Assembly: GCA_037447605.1 (NCBI GenBank)
Contig: CM074808.1
Coordinates: forward strand, 4,030,001 to 4,094,000
Direction: 5' to 3'
DNA: 64,000 bases
Source: Zygnema circumcarinatum SAG 698-1b
Lineage: Eukaryota; Plantae; Zygnematophyceae
The number at the start of each line of letters is the position of its first letter. Within the stretch, counting starts at the first letter, position 1. Below the pieces are notes generated by a model, which did no database searches, was not told the DNA's origin, and saw only the letters and a list, made by a program, of their open reading frames with translations. Shown in pieces: positions 47,715 through 59,447 of the stretch. The translations under genes were made by a program, and so were the position numbers.

Positions 47715-49130
47715 GGAGGAAACGACTTCAGAAAGCTAGTGTTGATGTTTGGATCAACTCCGGGATCAATGGGAGAAAAAGGCGGCTGAACTGGCAGCGG
47801 CCTTCACAGCTTTTCTTCTCAACGCTGCAATAAAACTGTGTATAGTATGCAACATCTGTAAAGGCGGGTATCCTGACAAGTAGCATCAATCTTTAGCCAG
47901 CAGCTGGCATCCTTAGGAGGCATACATGGGCCATTTGTCATGAACCATATGTAGATCATATTGTTCCTTGGCTAGGCGCCGCAGGAATTCTGAGCTTATG
48001 TACTGAGTCGGATTAGGGTTGATGTTGAGCCACCTCCTTACGATAGGCTACAGGAGCAACATAGTCCTCTGCCATGCCCTTATAAGCTGTTGCTGCCCTT
48101 AGCGAGGTCGATACTCTTCTCAGCATGAGAAGTCTTGCAAGACTGGAATCCACCAGATCCTATTTATCTGGTGGGCTATGGCTGCCAGGTAACATGGGCG
48201 GCAGTTACTGGTGACCTAGTCGTTGATCTCGCCGAGATATTATTGATAAATGTCCAGCAACACGGTTTCGATATGCTCTGCAGACCATTGTGCCCAGTGG
48301 CAGTGGTATTGCATAAAGTCATTCGAAGGGCTCAAACAGTGTCGCGTTTGAACAATTGGTTAGTCGACAATATAGGCAACCGTCGTCAGTGGGTCAAATT
48401 AGTGGTCGCTAACGGAACTGCCCAAACCAATGGTTCCGAAGCATACACACTAGTGAGTGGTGGGCCTTGCCAGCTACGGTCAACGGTTCAAACAGCTGGA
48501 CGTGCAATAGCCTTCGTCGGTGCCTATTATTGCTGTGTGAGAAGTGCTGCCATGTATCCTGCATAGATTGGAGCTTTTAAAGACAGTTTCTGGACTGTTT
48601 CATCGGTTGGGCTTACTATGCTCTGCTGTATCTCGTCTTGCTCTGTACCACATTATTGTACTTCCAGATACAAAAGCAACAACAAACAATTCAAGTGCTC
48701 ATCGACTCAACTTCAAACGAGTACACTGTCATTCACACAAGGCACCGAGAAGTGGAAACACACCAGCCAGTTAGAATCTCCACAACAATACTTCCTCATC
48801 GTGGCTCTAACCCTCTGCATCCTCCCTTCGTGCTTCGAGCCAAAACAACTCCTTTATGACTCCCGCCTTACACCCCTCTCGCTGCACACGTCGCTGTCAT
48901 CTAAGCAGGCCCACAACACTTTTGTTGCGAGGAGAAGCATAAAGTATACCTTAAGTTCCGCGACTGCGTTGTCCTCCGACACAGTGCTAGCTTCAAGCTG
49001 CAACTGGAGGGTCCCCACAGCCCAATTGTGAATAGAAAGCGTCAGTTTTCTAAAATAGTCTCTAAACTGACACAACTGTAAAGGACTGAGGTCCTAAAGT
49101 TACTAACAATGTACCCTTAACAATCTATTA

Positions 49131-49365
49131 CTCTCTCTCTCCCTCGCACTCTGTCCCTCTCTCTCTCTCTCTCTGACTCTCTCTCTCTCTCCCTCTCCTC
49201 TATACTCTCTCTCCTCGGCTCTCACTCTGCTCTCTCTCTCTCTCTATACCCTCTCTCCTCGGCTCTCTCCTCTGCTCTCTCTCTCTCCTCTTCCCTCTCC
49301 TCTCCACTCTCTCACTCTCTCTCTCTCTCTCTCCCTCTCTCCCTCTTCTCTGCTCTGCTCTCTCT
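49131..49365. repeat. Interrupted (CT)n/(GA)n microsatellite with an internal ~45-bp duplication
   Basis: Directly visible; a ctata..ctctctcctcggctctc unit occurs twice (~49200 and ~49244). Confidence 0.9.
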
Positions 49366-50148
49366 TTGCGAATGTCTTTACGGACGTTGCGCTGACGTGT
49401 GAGAAGGAGAAAACAAGAAGGCAATGTCTGAAGTAGGGGGCGGGAAATCCCAATATGAGAGGGGGCGGAATAGCCAAAATGGGAGAGTGGGATTTCAAAA
49501 AAACAAGGGCGGGGTAACCAAAGGGGAGGGGGGGGGGGTATATAGTTCTCCAAAAGACAAAGGGACTTCGTACAAGTGTGCGCGGAGAGAGTAATCTTCG
49601 AATGACATCCAATGGCGACGCGTCACGTCGGAAAAACATGTACACGTGGCACTTTTTTATTGGATGTGATTCCACGTGCGCTTAGCGGCGGAGAATGGCG
49701 TCTTTGCTCCTTCTGAGGCCACTCTCACCGCCACATTCGCATTGCATTGCAGTGCAGTGCAGTGCAGGCGGCCATGGGATGGGCGCAGAGGGATGCTGGA
49801 ACTCCCTGTGGCGGCTTAAGAGAATGTGCTGACGATCACACCCTCGTTATCTCTGGAGGAATTTCTATTGAATTGAATTAAGCACGTTCCTGCTTGACTT
49901 CTTCCCACACCTTTGGAAGATTTCGCTGTCGTTGAGTGAACAAAAGGCTGCAGTTGGAAAGGTGTCCATGCATATGCGTAAAGCTGGAAGAGAAAGTTGG
50001 CCAAGTGTTCGATTTTTTTCTTGTGGAAATAAAATAAATTCGGTTCACGTTCTGCGAGCAGAGCATGAAGCAGACACCAGCACTTGGTGTTGAACGAGGT
50101 CTTAAATGAGTTTTCAACTGAGTGAGCATTCCTGGAAACCATAACATC

Positions 50149-51113
50149 ATGAGCCACCTGCTTCCCACTCTCACTTCTAAAGGAGAAGTTGATGCCGTTA
50201 TTCGAACTACCATTGACAAGGTTCTGGTCCTATGTTTTAGTCGTGCATCAGATGGTATCTGCATGCAGCAGGAGGACATTGTAAGTTTTTCTTGAATTTT
50301 TCGGTCGGTTGGAAGTCTTTGGGCTGAAGATTGGACTTAAGTAATTCTGACAAATTATTCATTTTTCTATGGAAATCAAGAATTACTCACCCTTTTAAAT
50401 TATTTTACGCAAACAGCTCGCTTGGTGATTTTGCAGTTTTTATATTTTCGACGTTTGCGTAGAAAAAGCTGACTTTGAGCTTGGTTGTGGGCCACAGCTA
50501 GGGAAATCAGTTCGAGATGTATCCAAGTATGCAACAATATCATTAGTGGATGTTGATGCGGACAGCATACAGCAGTATGTCAAATATTTTGACATTACGA
50601 TCATTCCCGCCACAATCTTTTTTTTCAACGCCCAACACATGAAAATGGACTCTGGGTATGTAGAGAATGGAGGCATTAAATGGTGGCGTCTCTGTTATAG
50701 GGCTAGATTAAGTCATTGGCGGTTGATGTATGCTCTGCTCAGTGTTTTAGTGAGAGGCATGGAGCATTTACTGAACAGTTTTTGAAGACATCCAAAGGTG
50801 TGTTGGGCTATGGAATGGAAAGCAGAAGCCCCGACCACACAAAATGGATCGGAGCCTTTCATACGAAGCAAGACTTTCTCGATGTCGTCGAGGTACACCT
50901 CTGATGTCCAACCTCCTGTTCTTTCCCCTTTCTTTTCTCTCAGTTTAAGAGACTAATATGCTGTGAATCTGTTTGTGTCCGTACGTTAACTTTTACTTTA
51001 GTTTTTTCAAGCAGATGATTTACCGGGGAGCCATGAAGGGAAAGCTTATTGTTACCTGTCCCTTGCCGCCTGAGCGGGTTCCACGATACTCTCTCCTTTA
51101 CAAGGACTACTAG
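50149..51113 (+). CDS. TXNL4B: Thioredoxin-like protein 4B (Dim2), spliceosomal
   Basis: MSHLLPTLTSKGEVDAVI...KVLVL / ...YFDITIIPATIFFFNAQHMKMDSG / SPDHTKWIGAFHTKQDFLDVVE / MIYRGAMKGKLIVTCP...Y*. DHTK..G.F.TKQDF is Dim2-type rather than Dim1-type (NNNK). Confidence 0.92.
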
Positions 51114-52421
51114 TGAAGCAAAGCTGACATAAGGGAAGACCTTGTAAATATTTTGGTTTTGATCTGGAAGTGGCACGAGTATCGCATTCTTGGCTCTTCA
51201 ATGTGAGATTCGCTTTCTCTAAGGCCCTCAACGATGTATCGATACTTGAGTGAAGGAGAACTCGAGTACGGAGAAACTCTTAAGTAACTCTTAACTCTTT
51301 ACTAAATGCTTGTATGTTAAGCAATGGGACTTGACAGGAATCCAGAGCGCTCTTTGTCTTTCTCTCCATGATTGAATATGTTGTGTGTGTGTGAACGCTG
51401 GCCTCATGATGGGGTGGGATTGAATCTGGCTCAGGACCAGCGTTGTGCTATTCGTATGCAACAATGGAGGCTTTGGGTCAGGAGGGCTTTTGGGTTCCGT
51501 GATAAAAATACAGTAATCAGTTAGTTGAAGGTCAAAGGCTTTCATAGGAAAGTGATCTATACACTTTGAGAAGAGAACTTAAGTAAATGCCGAGACATGT
51601 CCACTTTCACACATATCCGTGAGCATTAATGAACAACCATATTCTCCTATGGGGTGCAGACATGCGCATGCATCTTCTTCGCTGGGCTGTAGGGAAAGGA
51701 CAGCGAAGATGTCTGCTGTTCTGCAAAGATGGAGTGATGAAGGCGAAGTTGCAAGCTGGAAAGCGTTGATAGTGAAGATTCTTTTTGGATTTTTTTCGTC
51801 TGGGAGCTTATCTCCGTCTCTTTCACGACCCGTTCTGTGTTCCGCAAGAAATTGACCTGTGCCGCGAAGGCAATAACAGATGCCCAACACAGATACTCCC
51901 AGCTATCCTCTTTATGTTGGCCTTCCGAGAGCGTAGATGCGGATTGTTTTTTAATTGACCTGGAATGATGTGCTCGTGATGGTTTACCATTTGTGAACGC
52001 ATGGTTCGGGTCACATGCAGCTAGTTGTGAGTTTCTGCTAACAAGCCAGTGAGCTTGTTGGCCTCCAGGTCCTTCTGTCACTGGATGTCATGTCAATGCG
52101 ACGCATTCAAGCGCTCACGGAAAAGTCAGGACCCTTCACCTGTTTCAAGATTAATCTTAACCGGTCCTAAGGCCGGCTTTTGCATGCTACCAGAAAATTT
52201 TAGTTGATACAGCATTTGTGACAGAATACCGAACCCGAAACCAACCCCTCAATGCAATTCTGAGACAAGTGACAGATGACAGATGTCGGCAAGGCAGGCA
52301 TGAATTTGAATGAGACGTCATGAGCATTTCGGCGACTTGATGGAGACATTGATGCAACACTTCGGGACGTGTGTGCTTCTGAGAAATCAAGCCCAACATC
52401 ATGCTGTTCACATGGTCCGCT

Positions 52422-54400
52422 CTACTCGTCGGGGCCTTCCCTCTCTTTGTACAACTTTATCATATCGTCTATCCGAAGGATGGTAATGGCTGCCTCGGTC
52501 GCAAACTGCCATGCAGAAAACACACTCTTGCTCAGCTCGTAAGCAATACATCCAAACTATAGTAGCAAACAACAATGATGTTCTTGATGTGGGTGACAAC
52601 GGTTACCGCCATGATAAACACCTTGGAGATGTCTCATGTACAGATCAGGATCATCCCACGATCTCTGACATCATAAGAACCCACACCAGAAGGTAGGGGC
52701 ACCACACACCTGAATGATCTTGATCTTGCTCATGGCGGGTTCAATCACTCCCGCCTCGATGTTGTTCCGCACAGTGCCCATGATGAGGTCGAGACCCATC
52801 CTGCAGACATGATCACACATGCGCATAACGTGACTTTCCTGCCCTCATGGCCAGTGATGCGCCCACTCGCCTCACACGCTGCAGACATCCGTAGACCTGC
52901 CCACTAACTCGTTTCCTCTTATCAATGGACTGGGTTCAAAGGACTATGCTTCCGGAGGGGGAAATAAGATGGGATAGCTAAGAAAAGGAGAAGACAAGCG
53001 GAAAAGTGACCAAACAGCACAAGCAAGGCACACACACACGGGGAATAACACATTTCAAAACGCCTGTCCTGTTTCGTATGACAGATGCAATAGACGAAAC
53101 AGAGTGCACTGACCCGGATAGGTGCTGCTTGTCGGGCTTCACTTGGGCAGTGTGATGATATGCTCGTAGCTTTGCCACCAATTCTGTTGCATCCTTAGCT
53201 GCGTTCACAGCTAACACCTGCCCCAAAAGGAAGCGCAAGTTCAAACATCGATGCATTAGCAATATAGAAGTAGGGAGTCTTTCACTTGAACAGAACTTAC
53301 CTCGCCTAAAAGTAAAATCGCATGGTAAAACCCAGAAGGGTCAAGCCCTGCCAAGAGAAAAGGAGGAAGGAGGCTAACACTAACATTAACACATAGAGAA
53401 GGACATCAGAAACTGCTACATGCTCACTTGGTGTTGGAGCTGACCGGCAGTCTTGTCTCACCTTCGGGATGACCAGCAAAGCTTCTGCAAACTCTGCGAT
53501 TGCCAACTGTTCGCGAGAGCCCAATGTTGTAGCCAGATGCTCTAAGTGTACGGAAAGCGCGGCCTCAACTGCACCTCCTCCGGGAACAACCTGTTGTAGA
53601 CAACGGCGCATACAAACAGCATCACTAACAAAGCCTGGAGGACCTCCTTATGAATAAGGACAATGGACTCGTTCTGATCCTTGCGAGTTGAGCCCCTACT
53701 TCCTCCTTCCTCCCATTCTTGCATTTACAATTACATTGAACAAATAGGGACTGTGATGCTGCTAACGTGGAGATCAAGGAATAACAGAAAAGCAACTAAG
53801 AAGCAACGGGTGAATGGCGCTTACCGCGTTCGACTCAAGAGTGCGCTTGACAACTGAAACGGAGTCATGAATTGAGCGTTCCATTTCATCCAACATGTAA
53901 TCACCAGCACCACGTAAAATGATCGACACCTGCAGCACACGAAAAAAAAAGAGTTGAAGCAAATCTCCTCTGCAGAAGTATAACAGGATGTATGACTTGC
54001 CCCATAGAGCAGTGGTAATCTCAACAGTGCAAACGTAGGGAGAAACTAGTGAAGCTTACGGCTCGCGAGTTCTTCATGCCGTTGATCATCAAGACACTAT
54101 CATCAGAGATTCTCTCCTCAACCACCTCGTCCGCTGTCCCTAAAAATGACGGCTCAAACGTTTCTCCTCCCTCCATGTCGGCAAAGGTCAATGTCTGCCC
54201 CAAACAATAGCCCACACTGGCTGGTTACAGTAAGCACGAGTGGTATGCTGAAAATGCGCAAAAAGGGTACAGAAAATGAAGGTGTGAACATAAAGGCGAA
54301 TGGCTGCGAATCACACAAACACAACTATACGGTGGGACGTTGTACAGGGCGAGAATGCTATCGACTCCACACCATGGTTCACTCAAATGCACGTGTGACT

Positions 54401-54434
<34 letters not shown>

Positions 54435-57400
54435 CTCCAGAAGCAGATTATGCAAAGAAAACAAGTTAGCTTAGGCTTGCCCATTCCTTAACACAACTAA
54501 TGGTGGCCAGCAGGGAGAAGCAGAAAAGCTTTCTAAAGTCAGCCCCATGCATCTTACCATCGTCGCTCCCGAGGCTTTTGCAATATGGCGGAGATCCTCC
54601 TTCTTGACTCTCCGGCAAGCAATTGCTTTGTGCTCAACAAAATACTGCAGGGGGAAAGAGTCATAGAGAGTGAGCATGCAGACAGTTCACCACCAACAAA
54701 CTAAAGAAATGGAGGAAGTAGAGCTGAAAAAATATTGAAACATGTGGACTGAACCTTTGCATGAGTAAAATCTACCGGGGTTAGCAATGGATTGGACATG
54801 GGGAAAATTAGCAAGACTATGATACGAAAAGATAGTCGTCCAATCTTGAACTTCGATCTATGTAACTAAAGAAGCTTTGTTGACCTTTGTTGAACAACGA
54901 TCAACAAACTGCAGCATTCCCACCTTCAGCGCCATGTCGTCAATGCCTTTGGTCGTGAAGATAACATTGGCTCCTGCATTCAACAGCTTCTCTATACGCT
55001 CCTTTGTTATGTCTGCTTCCCTGCATCACAGTAGGGCAAGGTTGCACAAGAAAAGTCTGAAAGTGCTCATCATTCTGGCTTTTCTCGTAACCGGATAACA
55101 GGTCAGGGTTTCACGTTTTTCAAGTCAATCAACACAAAAAACTCAAGTTAAAGTAGTTGCCAGTTCCAGCTGAGTGCACAGACATAAGCGTTCAACCCCC
55201 ATATCAGAGCGAAGCAGGCGAGCAGAGAGCTCACCTTTCTCTTATTTTCTCAAGCTCTTTCGGGTCTGTAACGAGCACTTGAATCCCCATTTGCATCTTT
55301 GATTTCTGCAGGTTGAAATCAAGGCACGCAATCCTGGCAGGGGCCACCCTCTTGGGCATCCCCTGGGACGCGCGGCTTGTGGCCAACGCGTAGCCGTTGA
55401 GAAGAGTGCTCTCTCGGGCACTCTTGCCATGGGCTTTGAGAATGTTGATAGACTGCAAAAAGGGTTCAAACACTTCCATCAGTCGCACTCATAAAGCTGA
55501 GAGCAAGTCCAGCTAAAAGACTTTACTTTTTACTTTCCAGCTAAAAGTACTTTCTCCTAGTAACAGAACAAGACATGCATACGCCGACCAGGTTTGGAAA
55601 GTTCAATATAACAATCTTTCAAAGGATAAATCAAGCTTCTTACCTTTATTGGATAGCGAACCTCCCCTCGTTCATTAGTTGTCTTCACAGCTTGAACAGC
55701 ATCCACTACCTTCAGCCCCCAAAATGCAAAACGTAAGCCAGATAGAAATCACGTAAGTCAGGGAGCACGAGAAACGTACGCTCCAGTTCCAATTGTTGTA
55801 ACGAACTGATGACTGACCTAAAAGCTTACAATGAAGTAGTCATAAACACCGACCACGTAACAACAAGCTACAAGAATGCCCTCCACATTGTCATCGCAGC
55901 ATTCGGACTTAGTTTCGGGCCTAATTATGGAAGCAAGGATTCGAACGGCACCATTTTTGAGAAGAATTCACTTTCAGGGCCGATAATTTTGGACGACATG
56001 CTGGTCTTCGCCACATTTGCAAGAGTCTCCTTTCCTAACTTTTCAACCTGCCAACAGAACAAGCAACAAGCAACAACTAGGGTCGGTTCTTCCTGAAGTC
56101 AGCAGGTTTAGTAACGAAAAAACAACAAAAAAGGAGAGGGAGAACCGGCATGGCCCACATGAGCGAGCTGCGTGGTTTCAGGACAATCTCGGTGATAAAA
56201 TGGTTCAACCACTAATACAAAATAGTGCTCATGCACTCTCATGGCTAAACTCGATATCCAAATGCAAATAATTGGGTGGCCAAAATCTCCAAGCGCAATA
56301 CCTTAATGGCAAGCTTTTCTTCAATGTACTTGCACGATTCCCGCATAGCTAACTGCATCAGAATCAAAAAAACGGCAGAATGAGGAGCTTTAATGTGAGC
56401 AACACATGCGGAGATTTACAGTGCTTGTCTAAGCCAAAGGTGGCCTCAGGTCTCAGATTCTTTCTAAGAAGTTCCTTTACCCAGAAGCAGTACGAGGGGA
56501 GGCAGGCGGGAAGGGCACTTTGTTGAACGACAAGGTCACATGCACTCACCCTGTAGCCGCTGATGATGCTTGTTGGATGGATCTTGTTTCGTACAAGATT
56601 GTTTGCCCTCTGCGACATTCAAAAAAAAAAACCAAAAACAAAGAGGAACAAGATGGAAAAACAGCAGAACTTGACTCAAGAGTCAAAGGACTTCGGAAAT
56701 TTACTGAAAAGATAAAAAACGGACGATTCTAAGAGAAAACGACAAGAAGGCTGAACACAATTTATTTTGTCGTCATGTGCGATATACAACTAGTAATAAC
56801 CCTCTAGATAATACGAGACTGCTTTGGGCTCTCTTGCCTTTTAGGCTAGACTACAAGATGTAAATGTACAGTTTTGGAAGACTTACCCAAGACTTCAATT
56901 GTGAATACTCATAAAATGAAACCGTAAGATTTTGGAAAAGGAGCAATTCAAATTTTCGCCATTGCAAAAATGGAAAATAAACTAAAATGTTCAGTGACGA
57001 ATGACCCAAATGAAAGATCCCTACTACTCAACCAGTCTGAATCGTGTCCACTCTATTCTTTAGTCCTAACCTCTTTAGAACTACAATGCTGATAACCGAC
57101 AGACAAACAAAAACGCAAAAACCACATTCAAAGCATTAGCGGACGTCCTTGTCTTCTGTGATTTCGTTTCTATTCGCGGATTCCTCCTGACGAAGTGTGA
57201 AGACCGATATAGTTGCTCACCTTCAACAGCTCAGCTGCAACAATAACAACTGAAGTTGTACCGTCTCCAACTTCCCGATCCTGAAGTTCTGCCAGTTCGA
57301 CAAGGACCTGCAATACGCCCCCAATGCAAGCACACGCTGTAAAGCCAAACCCAACCGGAAAAACATGAAAACAAGTCGCAGCATTATACAACTGTCAGAC

Positions 57401-58441
57401 AGACATGCTGTCGAATGCATCAATTGCCTAAGTGGCCAGATACTACTGCACTTTAAACTTGGAGACAATAACCCTAACATTCTGAGACAGGCGGGAGTGG
57501 GAGTACCTTTGCGGCAGGGTGTTCAACTTCAAGCTGTTTTAAGATGGTGGCTCCGTCATTAGTGATGGTCACGTCACCAATGTCGTCTACCAGCATCTGC
57601 AGAGCGTCAAATGGGTCACAAATACCTGGGATAAGTTTCAAAAGGCTCCAATAGAATTGATGATATTAGACTGCGAGGTATCTACAACACAATACCCCTA
57701 GACTGGATCGTTCTTATGAAACGGAACGAATACTTCGTGTATTTTCAGGTATTTCTTTCTGCCTCTGAATTTTTTTGCAGATAAGTTCGATGCAAGGAGA
57801 AGCCAAAAAGGAGAAGCTTACTTATCTAAACCATTTTCTTACACCTATTGAAGCGATAAATCGCGATTCCCTATTAGTGGATTTTCCTTTTTTTTAAATC
57901 TTCCAAGTATTTAATTACATTTTATCTAGGTGAAGAGCAAGGAATCGGTTCCCAGATAGCAGTTTAGAAGTGTTCAGTGCACCTTATCAAGTCCGACAGG
58001 ACCAAGCGAGCTCTTTACGACATTGGCGATGGCTTGGCAGGCCATCACTGCACGCATACACAGGAAAGAACATTCCAAGTAAACGAAAAGATAAATTAAA
58101 ATCTGCATCAACCATAATTCTAGAACGTCCTCAAAACCCTGCCAGAGCTCAGAATCCGGAAGGCAGCTTATGAAACCTCAAGAACCCTACGAACGGTAGC
58201 CATCCTTATCACTCTGCCAAAGTTCCCAAAAAATATGATCCCTGTAATCCATAATATTCCTAGCAATTTGAAACCCTAAACCCTGAGTTCCCCTTGCACC
58301 ATAAATGCAGACATGAGCTCCACAGAGTCCATTCTGCAGAAGAATCAAAGAATAAAATAGAAGTGACTGACCATTCTGTGTGCGCACATCCTCCCCGCTC
58401 TGGCGCTCCCCGGAAATCTCGAGCTGCGGTCTGGCCGGCAT
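52422..58441 (-). CDS. CCT1: T-complex protein 1 subunit alpha (CCT-alpha chaperonin)
   Basis: [91 protein letters not shown]. Confidence 0.97.
54401..54440 (-). pseudogene. 40-bp fragment of bacterial/organellar SSU (16S-type) rRNA 3' end inside a CCT1 intron
   Basis: Plus strand CAGGTTCCCCTACGGCTACCTTGTTACGACTTCACTCCAG contains the universal 1492R site GGYTACCTTGTTACGACTT and the helix-45 complement. The flanks are not rRNA-like. Confidence 0.9.
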
Positions 58442-58727
58442 GGTGCCCTTGCCTGCCTGCCTGCGCGCCTCGCCTCTCCAGGCACTCCTCCGTGCAGCGG
58501 AGCTAGGAGATGGCTGCGAGCGAGCAGTGAGTGAGGCAGTCTCCAGCCCGTCCGTCCGTCAGCGCCTTCTTGCCTGCTCGCCTGCTCGCCTGCTCGCTTG
58601 TTTACCAGTGCTCCTTTCCTCCCTCCCTCTGGGCGCCCCGCCCCGCACCGTCCGTACGTATCCGTACTGCCCGGGCCCCGCGGAGTTCGCGGACACTACG
58701 GTACGGCAGTTCACTTGCTGCCGACAG

Positions 58728-58843
58728 CATACATACATACACACATACATAAATACATACATACATACATACATACATACATAGGGATACACATACACAT
58801 ACACGTGCATACATGCATGTATGTAAGTATGTATGTATGTATG
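58728..58843. repeat. Inverted microsatellite (CATA)n...(TATG)n around a perfect 16-bp palindrome
   Basis: CATACATGCATGTATG at 58808-58823, with arms of opposite orientation. Confidence 0.85.
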
Positions 58844-59447
58844 CTATACGCGAGGGGAAAAAAGTGGCATTGATCTCACAATGGCGAGGCCATCGAGGGA
58901 AAGAGCGATATTGGGCGATACGATGCGATACAATACGACACTGAGAGCCTAGCCTGGGGTCGGAAGCGGGCCCCCAGCGCCTGCCTCCCTGCCTCCCGGC
59001 GGGGGGACAGCCGTACTGACCGGCCGTCTGACGAGGGCGAGAGAGAGAGGCGGGCTCGCTGCCGCGCGGTTTGGACGACCGGCGCCTTGGCTGCGCCGAC
59101 TGCGCGTCGCGCGGTTGGTTCCAAGGGGGCCGTTCGCACCAAACCGCGCGGGGTGGGGGCGGTCAACGGCGCGCCGCCACGTGTGTACCGAGGGCGCTTT
59201 TGATTTACGCCCCGCCCTGCCCCACAGTGTCCCGCTCCCCCATCGCCCTCACCCCCTGCCGCTGCTTGCCTGCCTGCGCTCCTCCCACGCAGGCATCCGC
59301 TCGCCGTCCGTCCATGTCTGGCATAGGCTTTCAAACGGCATGAGCGGATGAGAGAGAACTTTCATTGTTGCTTTAGGGTTTGAGAGGAGGTAGCTGCTGC
59401 GAAACGTTGCTGTTTTAGTTGCCAGGGAGGCGGCTAGTAGAGCAGCC

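Noticed and set aside
48692-48712. Retrotransposon protease-like VLIDSTS
   Set aside because: It has DST rather than D(S/T)G, and there are no gag/RT/integrase motifs, LTRs or PBS nearby.
51290-52400. Additional gene or snoRNA between TXNL4B and CCT1
   Set aside because: No consistent exon chain or clear C/D or H/ACA box pair; most likely convergent 3' UTRs.
54401-54440. Functional rRNA gene
   Set aside because: Only 40 bp match, embedded in an intron; no other rDNA sequence was seen.
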